A stretch of DNA of 64,000 nt. Source: Lama guanicoe (taxonomy: Eukaryota). The notes beneath the pieces are model-generated. The model did not search any database, had not been told where the DNA came from, and saw nothing but the letters and a program-made list of their open reading frames with translations. Numbering within the stretch: position 1 is the stretch's first letter; each line of letters begins with the position of its first letter. Of the stretch, positions 28,101-37,800 are shown one piece after another. The DNA lies in the NCBI GenBank assembly GCA_013239625.1, contig MU056277.1:2148076-2212075 (forward strand). The letters run 5' to 3'. The position numbers and the translations under genes are program-made.

Positions 28101-31100
28101 AATGTATGAAAAAAGAATACACAGTGACCAAGTGTGTTTATCTTGGGCACACGAGGCTGGCTCAGTATTTGAAAATCAGTACTGTGATCCACCATATTAA
28201 CTGTTTAAAGAAGAAAATCCACATAATCATATCAACTGATGTGCAGAAAGCATCTGACAGATTGTAACAGCCATTTATGATTAAAACCTACCAGCAGACT
28301 GCAATTAAAAGGGAACTTCTTCAATCTGATAAAGATTATTAACAAGGAACCTACCCCCGATAGCAAAAAAACAAAAGACTAAAGATTTCTTTTTCATGTT
28401 ATATAGGCTCTTAATGCCCTGTTTTAAGTTAATTATCAATTATCATTTTTTTCAAGTAGCATAATGCTTATTCTCCAGCATCTGATCCTTTTTTGAATCT
28501 GATCCAGGTATGTTAATTAAAAACCATTCATTAATTGGCTTGGGGGTAGCAAACAGAGCAAACTGTTTTTGGTACAATCCATTTCTTGATAATTACTTGA
28601 AAATAAATTTTCAATATTCAACAAAGATGTGCATTTAAGATAATTGAGCATGGCATCTGGGAAACGTCATTTTAAACGATTCATATTATGCTTAAATTGA
28701 TACATATATAGTTCTAGACATAACACGTGGAGTGTGATACTGATTCTTTACATAAAAGCTTGGCTATAGGTATTGATTTAAGAGTGGTAAAAAATTATTA
28801 TATGATAAAATTTAAATATTTTGTAATATTAATCACTTACAGTAATTTTCCATTATGAATGTGTTACAGTGTTTGAACATGGTACATAAAGTTTGTGATT
28901 TGCTTCTAAATTTAAGTAATGCTTTAGAGATTTTGCTTCAGTTGTCTCAGCAGATTTTCTGCAAATTGAAATGAGTGAAAAACAAGCAAAACTTATATAG
29001 GAACTTCTTTGGTTTGAGAAAAGTAGTCTAAGTTGGGATTACTTACAGTTGAAGCAAATTATGTGAAAACTTTGATTGTGATCATATAATTAGTGAGTTT
29101 GCTAGAATGAAAGCTGGAAAAGTAGATTTAACATTATAGAGTATTTCCCAGATGCCATGTTCAGTTGTTGTGAGCAAGCAAGAAAATGCATGCTAGGCTG
29201 TTGGGGTATGATCATTTCTTTTACAAATATGTATTTCTGAAAAAGTGATCAAAGCCACCACTTTACAAATGCAGAAAATCTGAAGAACCTTCCTTTTTAG
29301 ATTACATAGTTCTAGAGCAGTTTGTTCCAGAAAATGACCTCTGTTTGGAAAAGTATACTATTCAGGTTGAGTTACTAGTTTGTGGTTGTAATTGGTGTAA
29401 AATGTCGATTTTCTCTAATGCATTTTTAAATTTTCCTTTTTAGAATGAATTCTGGAATAAATACAAAGGTGAGATGTTTTCTATTTTAATCTTAGAGGGG
29501 TTCATTAGGGGATTTAAATTGGGAGAGATTGTATTCAAATTTTGAAAATGTTTCCTGAATTTCCTTTCTGCTCTTGTTTAAAATTTACTCATTTAAGACT
29601 TTTCCCCTTGAGTGTTTCTATAATAGTTACTGTAAAATAGTTTTTTATAGTAACTTTATACTAACTCGAGGTTTGTTACTTACTTAAATATACATTTAAA
29701 TTAGTTTATTTTTTTTTGAGGATACCAAATCCCATAATTTTTTTAAAAATCCAAGTATATTAGGTAGAAACGGAAAATAGAGTCTATCTTATAATAACCT
29801 TTAATGAAAAAATATGAAAATGAATGTATGTATGTATGTATGCATGACTGGGACATTATGTTGTACATGAGAAATCAACACATTGTAACTGACTAAACTT
29901 CAATTTAGAAAAAAGGATACCCTTTACTAATGAATACACAGTTGGTTACTGAGGCCTATGAAAACTTAAAGTTTCAAAATATTCCTTGTTTAAAGAAAAG
30001 TTAGAGTTATATGAGGGTTTGTGATAATTATATTTGGGTTTTTTCTGGGTATACTCAGAATAAAATATAATTGTTTTAATGGGTGCAATGCTATTTCAGT
30101 TGTGAAAGAATAAAATATACACCCATTTTTTAAAAGCTTAATTACCAGTAATTTTTTGATGAGAAGCCTTCCGTTTTAGTGGTGCCTGTCTCAGTGTTGA
30201 TTTTGTTAAATGTTGTATGTCATTTTAATAAGCATACAAAAGGGAAAAAAAGAGTCTGAAACATTGGGCTCTCTAATAAGGTAACCACCTTGGTTTAATG
30301 CTTATAGCATCTGAAATGGTATTCATCATAACTAATGTTTTCATTCTGTAAACAGTATTCAAGTTACTCAAAACGATGATTGAAACTACCCCTAATTATA
30401 GCGTATAAATGCACCAGGAAGCGTGAAGTCCCATGTCAGTGCTGGTCAGGCGTTCCTGCATTTTTCTCCCCCCCAGACCATTTGGAAAGAGGAACCCTGA
30501 CATCCCTCTGGCCGGTGCCTGGCCATCACCCCCTCTCCGTCCTTCCAGCCGGCCCCACGTGGTCACCAGCCCAGGGCTCCTCGCCCTGCTGTAAAAACAT
30601 CAGTGTTTGTAAGAACACATCAAACGTCTCAGCAAAAATGGAAAACTCAGTCAATAATCCAGTTAGATAAGGGGTCACGTATGCACGGCCACGAAACTTG
30701 GGGGCAGAATGGCGTCCAGATAGAACAACTTGTTTACAGGAAAACAGAGAGAATTCTGGGATCATTTGGGTTATCTGAGAAATGCGGCCAAGATCAACAC
30801 AGTGGAATCATTTCCTCAATGATGAGGATTGCCTGCAAGCTTTGGTTTCCACATTTTTCCTTTGCAGATGGTGACCAGTGTGACAGCAGTCCTTGTCTGA
30901 ATCAGGGCACCTGTAAAGACGGCCTCGGGGAGTACACATGCACCTGTGTGGAAGGGTTTGAAGGCAAAAACTGTGAATTACGTGAGTCCCCCTTCTCGGT
31001 GTGCCTTCAGGTCAGGGTTTCCAGAGGAGTCAAGGTGGGAAAGAGGGAGGAAGCTAAAGGCCCAGACCCACTCCGGTCACTCGTGGTTTAGTTGGTGCTC

Positions 31101-34100
31101 CAGCTCGCTGTCCAGCATAGAAACCAAACAGCAAAAACCAAAGTCCGCCCCAGCGTGTGCCATGGTCCACGTGGTGTTGCGGGACAGGGGACGCAGGCAC
31201 CTCATGCTCCTCTGAGAGGCTGTGACCTCCATGAAGCGTGAGGCCTGTCACCTGGAGACGAGACTCAGCTTGGAGCAGACATTTCTTGTGTCTCTTGGGA
31301 CCTGGAAAGTGGTTGTAAATACCACCGTTGCCTCGTGGCTGTCAGCGCACAACTCCACACTGAGTGCTCAGGAAGGCCTGGCCATGAGAATTCCGTGTGG
31401 TTCATTCTACGTGGAATGACTCTAAGGGCTTCCTAATGTGGTGATTCATCTTGAATAAAAATGGGTTAGTAACAGACCAGTTTTCCGTAAGGGGAAAGAT
31501 TGGCGTTTCTTGTTAAATTTCTTAATTTACAGTCTTCAGAGCTCGCTCTTAGGCCGGATACTTGGTGAGCCCTGCACTCCTGCACCCTCAGCCCAGAGCT
31601 GCCTCCGCAGGCTCAGTCTGGCTGACCCCGGGGCTGTTGTGAACGGTTTCTGACTCCTTTAATGTTGATCTTTGCACGGTGACCGCGGTTTCATCAAAAC
31701 CCAACGGCAGAATGTAGTATCAGTTGCCAGGGCGGCCTCGCTGCTGGGAGTCTGGGCTGGTGTCCAGCGCACACTGGGAGCCGGGGTGACGTGGGCTCAG
31801 TCAGAGGGGCTGGGGCGTGCAGGACCCGCTCCTCCCGGCTGTGAGGTCCACGTGCCCAGAGCTTCACGGGCCGTGGAAGGCTGTCCTGGGAGGCATGTGA
31901 CCTCAACCACTTTGCAAGAGAGAAGCAGGCCGCGGGGCATAAATAACTTGCCCAGATCACACAGCGGGAGATGGAAGGGCCAGCCGGAGTCAGCCCAAGT
32001 CCAGGACATGGCCACTGCCTCTCCTTACTGCCGCACCCAAGCGGGACCCAGGTCCTTCACTCCACAGAGGACCTTTGCCTCAGAGTGGACACTGTGGCCC
32101 CTCCCCTGCTGGTCTGCACCCACGGGCCCTTCCTAGGGCTGAACTTGAGACCCTCCAGGCCCTCCCTGGGTGTGTGGGCTTCTCAGGACCTTCAGGAGGC
32201 CTGGCGCCCAGGGCCCTGCCTCTGTGTGGTTCCCCCTCACGGTCTGAAACGGGCAGGTGTGAGAGGTGCCTGCCCTGGGCGCCATCCTGCCTGCAGGGAC
32301 CTGCCTGTGTGCACCGGCCCTTGGCTCTGGCCGCTGGCCTGCCGTGGGTCTGACAGGCGGGCACAGGTCCCGCGGCTGCCCCCTCAGCTGCCTTGCCTTC
32401 CCACAGCCCTGCGCCAGCTCTGCAGCCTGGACAACGGGGACTGTGAGCAGTTCTGCAGGGAGGAGTTTAGCTCCGTGGTGTGCTCCTGCGCCAGGGGGTA
32501 CGTCCTCGGGGATGACGGCAAGTCCTGTGTCTCTACAGGTAGGAGGGGCGCGCACTGGGCCGTGGGCGGGGGCTGGCGTCCCAGTGGGGCTTGGAAGCAG
32601 ACCCGCTGGTCTGCGAGCACCTGGAAGATGAGCCCGGTAATGTCAGCGCTCCCAGGTGCGCCGGAGCCTGAGGAGTGATCGGTCACTTGGCAGTGCCTGG
32701 ATGGCAGCAAATCCTGCATAGCCACCACGGAGCTGTGACGCTGGCACCCCGTCCCCCTGGGAAGGGTGGGGCTTGGGAGGCTGGAGTTATGCCAGGCTGG
32801 AGCCCTGGGCTGGTGGCGAGGGCATTGCGGGCCTGGCCTAGGAGTTGGGGCGGCGGAGTGCAGGGGCCGGAGGGGAATGAGGACCCTCCAGAACTGACCT
32901 GGGTTTGTGCACCCTGATGTTAGTGGAGTTTTTTCCTTGACAAAAGCTGGATGCCATGAGTGTGGCCTAGAAGCTCACGGAGGGCTGGGTGAGGGCCCAG
33001 GTCCTGGGGAGGGCCCCGTCTCACGTCCTGTGGGGAGTTCTGCACTCGGCCTGTCTGACCCTGCCTGCAGGCCAGAGGCTCCCGGTGGCCACGCCCCCCT
33101 CAACTTGGTGTCCTCCTCAGCTTGGCCCCAGCTCACCCTCCTGCAGGCCGGGACTGACGCCCACCAGGGGCAGGTCAGGAACTCAGCGTCCAGGCCGCTG
33201 CAGGGTGGGCACATCCCCGACGGGAAGTCGTGTATAAGTAAATCTCCATCTGCTGGCAGTGAGATTTTACCCTTAAGCTGCTCAGGAAGATTTGGATTGA
33301 AGTCATGTCTTGACATCTTGCAGAATGTTTTTAAATTCCAGGAATAATCACAGATCAACTTAAAATACAAAGTTTGGTGTTTGAAAATAAAGCAGGTGAA
33401 CTGCTTCCTGGTACAAGTTCTGTTCTAAGTCATGGACAGACTGGTGCCGGATGTCACGGGGCGGTGGTTGCAGACTGACACAGAACCAGCTAACGCAGGG
33501 CGAAGAGCTCGCGTCCCTGTCCGCTGGGCGGGTGTCCCTCCAGGCCCTGCAGCGCCTACGCCAGGAGCCGAGCTTTGCTTGTGTGGCCTCCCGTGAGCCC
33601 CGAGCCTGTCCCCACCCCCGTTCTGCTCTGCCCAGCCCTGGTCTCCGTTCCCTGATTGGCAACAATGCAAAAGGAGGCTTTTTAGTGTTGACTGACACCT
33701 CCGTGTGCTTGGCGCTCCTAAGGACACCGTCAGTTCCTAGACGTTTTCTTACAACGCTCTACCTGGTGTTCTTTCTGCCCAGAACACTCCCTTCAGTGTT
33801 TCGTTAGGAAATGTTTTGAACACAAAGCAGGGTTTAAAGAGCTGTACAGTGAGCACCCTTGTCACCATCTCACTGTACCCGCTGTCCCACAGCCACCCCG
33901 TGGTCCTCTGTCCATCCGCAGCCACTGGTTTTCTGCAGGCATCCTGGGTGGACTATAGAGTCCCCTGTGACCCTTCGGCACACAGGTCGGCCAGCCCCTA
34001 GCAGGACACAGGCACCCCGCTCCCCTAAGGCCCCTGGCTGCCCCGTCCCAGGGCTCACTCCTGGCTCCTCCACCTGACCCGCTCCCCCTGCACGCGTGGT

Positions 34101-37100
34101 GGACCGGGTGTGCCCCGTGAGGAGGCTTTTGCTATGCGGAGACCAGGCTGCTTTCCTTTCAGAGCCCTTCCCCTGTGGGAAACTCACGCTGGGACGCAGC
34201 CGAAGGTCGGCCACCCCCAAGACTGAGATCAACCTGCTGGAGCAGGACAACCCCAAAGACCTGGGCCCCACCGAGAGCCCTTCCTTCCTGCTGCACCTCA
34301 ACGAGACAGAGCCGAGCCCCGAGGAGGACGAGAGCAGCCTGGTCCGCATCGTGGGCGGGAGGGACTGCAAGGAGGGCGAGTGCCCCTGGCAGGTAACCCC
34401 GTGGAGTGTTGCCCGCAGGCCCGCAGCAGGCTGGGAGCACCCCGTGGGAGGAGCTGCGGTCAAGAGGCTGGGGCCCCCCCATGCCCCGCCCAAGCAGGGA
34501 AGGGTCTGGTCCTGCGGGTTGGGGGTGGCTCCCCTGGTGGCCGAGAGGCCTCTGCTTGCTTGACCAGAGGCAGACAGGGTCAGTTTCCTTATTTCATTTC
34601 TTATTTGGTAGATTTTTTTAATCCAAACATCTAAGTCCTGATGAAGCAGGTAGTATAGAGAAACATACAGCCCTTTGTTTTCAAAGGTAAAAAAAATCAC
34701 TCTGTGGTTGTTGATTTGGACTAAAGTTGCCAGACTTAGCGAACAAAAACAGGACTTCCACTTAAATTTGAATTTCAGATAAACAATGAATACTTTTAGT
34801 ATGTGTTCAGATGTCACACGGGATATACTTACACTAAAAGTCATTTGCTGTTTATTTGATTCAGATTTAACTGGGGGCCCTCTGTTCTACCTGGCAATCC
34901 TCACTTTTAGTGTCCAAAGCTAAAATGGCTTCTCCTACTAGGAAAATTCCCAGAGCCGCCAACAAGTCTTAGGAGTGTCAGCTGGTCCCACCAGCTACAT
35001 GACAGGTGTGTGTTTGTCTGAGTGACCTGAGCCTGAGGTGAGGACACGCCAGCCCCTGGTCACCGTTCACACAGCGCAGGTTCATGGAGAGCATGTGGCC
35101 ATCAGGGCTGCCCAGCTTGTTGTACGTGTGGGTCTGAGACCACCAGGGCCTCTCCTCTGTCGTGTGACATGTCGATCTGGAAGGGAGGCGAGGACCCCCC
35201 CACATCCCCACAGTTCAAGTTGGTGTGTGATGAGGGCCAGGAGTGTGGGACCAGTGGAGCATGTGAGTCCCCTCCAAGACAGGAGGGTAGCCCCACTCTG
35301 TAGGGGCAGACGTGTGGCTCCGAGAGGTGCTCCGGCTGGGGCTCCCCTGGAGAGGAGTGGGTGGCACCGGCACTGAGGCTGCTGGGAGCCGTGACCTTAC
35401 CGTCCTGGTCCCAGTCTTGGCCAGGGGCCCTATCTCCCCTTCATGAAGAACAGTCCGTGCCCAAGCCTCAGGAAGATGGACCCTCCTCACTTGTCACCCA
35501 CGTGGGATCGTGAACTGACAAAATTATGCAAAAAAAAAAAAGCAAAAATATCGCTACTTCACGCTAGTCATGAACATCTTCAAGAATTCTTTTAGAACTT
35601 GATCTTGTTACGTGTTTCATTGACCTGAACCTCCCCCAACCAATGGCTGTTGCTTAGAGAAGGGGGTCCCCAGAGAAGGGAAAACAGAAAACGCCCCCTC
35701 ACACTTGCAAGCCCAGTTCTTGGGGGAAAAGGAAGCTTGCCCAGGCAGTGCCCGTCCCAGGTGGACTGTTCCCCACACCCTGTCGGGGAGGACAGCCTTT
35801 GCCGCACAGCCACGCGAAGCCCCAGGAAACCAGCCTTGAACGTGGCGCCCACGGCCTCAGGGGGAGGGTTTGGCCATGGAACCATCCCAGAGCCCAGCTT
35901 GGCAACTGTCTTCCCCCGAGACGGGCGTCTGCCGGTCTGGGGCCTGATTCCCCCAAGGGACAACAGATTCTTCTGGGCACAAGGCTCCAGAGGGGGCCAT
36001 CACAGGGCCGGGAAATAAAGGCCAACAGTGCCAGCAAGTGAGCCTCAGGCCAGGGGGCAGAGGACCCCTCGATTCACTTAGTGGGGCTGTGGGGCCGGGG
36101 TGGGGGCCATGGTGAGCCGGCTCCGAGAACAGGCGGCGGGCACCGTGCTGGGCGGGCCTGGGCCTCCCTCCAGCCCGGGAGGCCCTCCCTGCTCTGGCGG
36201 AGGGTGGCGGGGAGGGTTGGAGGTTGTCTGGGAAAGTCAGCCCTGCCTGCGGCCCCCGGCTCCCGTCCAGGCTCTGCTCATCAACGAGGAGAACGAGGGC
36301 TTCTGCGGGGGCACCATCCTGAGCGAGCACTACGTGCTCACGGCGGCCCACTGCCTCCACCAGGCCCAGCGGTTCAAGGTGAGGGTCGGTAAGTGCTGCC
36401 TGCGCCCACCCCTGCCCTTCTGTTTTCAGAGAGCACTGGAACAATCACCTCTTCTGGAAACACTAGTTAGAAAACTGAGCTCCTGTGGGGGAGGGGGCTG
36501 GGGACTGGGGGAGTGTCCCAGATGGAGGCGGGGAGGGGAGGGAAGCGGAGGGGGCGGCCTCGGACTGGCCTCCCGCAGGGTCCACGCTCTCCGCCTGGCA
36601 GGCAGTGTCCGCCCCCTGAGAGCCCTTTCCTCCAGGGAGCCTCCCAGAGCCAGCGGTCCTAGCAGCCAAACGCCTGTGCTCGCCTCCTTGGCTGTGGGGG
36701 CATTTCCTAGAGCCCCCCACTCTCTACTAGGCCCTGGAGCCATTCACTGAGAATGTAGCGCGGGCCACGGGCGCCAGCCACCTCTGTGACTTTTAACTTT
36801 CCAGTTACATTCAAATTTGTATCATACATTTAAAAAGCTTAAGGGGATATTGATTTTAATAATGAATTTCATGACCCTGTATGTCTAGAGTATTGTCATC
36901 CCAACTTGTGATTTAAAGTCCTCATGAGGCACGTTGAGTTACTTTTCATTCCGAGCCTGAGATGGGACACTCACAGCGCATGTGGGTCCTGCCTGGTGCC
37001 CGGGCGGTGGCTTTGGGGCAGCGCGGGTTTGGGACGTCGTCAGGCCTGGAAGCGCGCACCCATGAGCAGACGGGAGGCCGTTGTCATGGCCTTGCTGTGC

Positions 37101-37787
37101 TGTCCTCTGTTCCCGTGTCCCAGTGGCCGCGTGCCCGTTTTTAATCAGGAAAATCCTGGCTGGCTCTAAGAAGTCAGCACCAAGCAGCATCTTGCAGCCC
37201 AGCTGACTTCCATGTCCCCATCCTCAGGCGACCGGGACACGGAGAAGGAGGAGGGCAATGAGATGGTGCACGAGGTGGAGATGACGGTGAAGCATGGCAA
37301 GTTCGTGCGGGAGACATATGACTTCGACATCGCGGTGCTCAAGCTCCGGACGCCCATCAGGTTCCGCCACAACGTGGCCCCTGCCTGCCTGCCTGAGAAG
37401 GACTGGGCCGAGGCCACGCTGCTGACACAGAAGTCGGGCATCGTCAGCGGCTTCGGGCGCACGCACGAGCGGGGTCGCCTGTCCTCCACCCTCAAGATGC
37501 TGGAGGTGCCCTACGTGGACCGGAGCACCTGCAAGCTGTCCAGCAGCTTTGCCATCACCCCCAACATGTTCTGCGCCGGCTACGATGCGCAGCCCGAGGA
37601 CGCCTGCCAGGGCGACAGCGGCGGCCCCCACGTCACCCGCTTCAGGGACACCTACTTTGTCACCGGCATCGTCAGCTGGGGGGAGGGGTGCGCGCGCAAG
37701 GGGAAGTACGGGGTCTACACCAAGGTCACCAATTTCCTCAAGTGGATTGAGAGGTGCATGACAGCCAGGGCGGAGGCCCAGGTGTGA
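22126..37787 (+). CDS. F10: coagulation factor X precursor, 469 aa
   Basis: exons 70+161+25+114+132+230+118+560=1410 nt; [17 protein letters not shown] Gla, 2 EGF, RSRR furin site, 47-aa activation peptide, R|[29 protein letters not shown] Na+ loop. Confidence 0.98.
22390..22530 (+). repeat. GA-rich low-complexity repeat
   Basis: direct inspection. Confidence 0.7.
23590..23800. mobile_element. MER103-like hAT-Charlie remnant
   Basis: AT-rich island with partial resemblance to recalled MER103 motifs. Confidence 0.4.
23950..25000. promoter_or_regulatory. intragenic CpG island with NRF1-like, ETS (CCGGAAG x2) and GC-box motifs at 24575-24701
   Basis: high CpG density; CCGGAAG at 24665 and 24694, GGCGGGGC at 24673, GCGCAGGCGC at 24577, GCGCTTGCGC at 24617. 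Confidence 0.7.
24154..24314 (+). CDS. F10: F10 exon 2, propeptide + Gla
   Basis: [17 protein letters not shown]|[16 protein letters not shown], 161 nt. Confidence 0.96.
24630..26507 (+). pseudogene. KARS1 (lysyl-tRNA synthetase, cytosolic isoform) processed pseudogene, near full length, many frameshifts
   Basis: colinear intronless remnants [85 protein letters not shown] (TAG 26309-26311), then KARS1-like 3'UTR, decayed signal GATAAA (26478) and A8 tail (26500-26507). Confidence 0.92.
27055..28365 (+). mobile_element. LINE-1 ORF2 fragment (end of endonuclease to start of RT)
   Basis: [32 protein letters not shown] and tcaactgatgtgcagaaagcatctgacag (IDAEKAFD-like) remnants. Confidence 0.9.
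28660..29135 (+). mobile_element. fossil hAT (Tip100/Zaphod-like) transposase C-terminal dimerisation domain
   Basis: decayed [38 protein letters not shown] motif order. Confidence 0.65.
29444..29468 (+). CDS. F10: F10 exon 3 NEFWNKYK
   Basis: tag|AAT..G|gtgag, 25 nt. Confidence 0.95.
29785..29914 (+). mobile_element. 5'-truncated L1 3' end of camelid/cetartiodactyl type, with (TATG)n
   Basis: gactgggacattatgttgtaca..cacattgtaactgactaaacttcaat followed by an A-rich tail. Confidence 0.75.
30868..30981 (+). CDS. F10: F10 exon 4, EGF1
   Basis: [38 protein letters not shown], 114 nt. Confidence 0.96.
31900..32010 (-). mobile_element. MIR fragment
   Basis: aataacttgcccagatcacacagc core motif. 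Confidence 0.55.
32407..32538 (+). CDS. F10: F10 exon 5, EGF2
   Basis: [25 protein letters not shown], 132 nt. Confidence 0.96.
34163..34392 (+). CDS. F10: F10 exon 6, connecting region, activation peptide, IVGG
   Basis: [19 protein letters not shown]|[15 protein letters not shown], 230 nt. Confidence 0.96.
34723..34901. mobile_element. MER53 palindromic hAT MITE
   Basis: gttgccaga..ttaaatttgaatttcagataaacaa..tgtttatttg..ctggcaatcct; terminal and internal inverted repeats. Confidence 0.8.
36271..36388 (+). CDS. F10: F10 exon 7 (catalytic His)
   Basis: [39 protein letters not shown], 118 nt. Confidence 0.97.
36740..37027. mobile_element. MER33-like hAT-Charlie MITE
   Basis: AT-rich core (tgattttaataat, tattgtcatcccaacttgtga, cactcacagcgcat) resembling the recalled consensus. 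Confidence 0.6.
37228..37787 (+). CDS. F10: F10 exon 8, protease domain to stop
   Basis: [37 protein letters not shown]. Confidence 0.97.
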
Positions 37788-37794
37788 GCGCCCC

Positions 37795-37800
37795 ATTAAA
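37795..37800 (+). terminator. F10: F10 polyadenylation signal ATTAAA
   Basis: variant hexamer in a CCATTAAAG context, homologous to the human F10 signal. Confidence 0.75.

Noticed and set aside
26500-30400. Sharp AT-rich island suggesting foreign DNA or contamination
   Set aside because: Explained by L1 and hAT fossils, and it contains the genuine F10 exon 3
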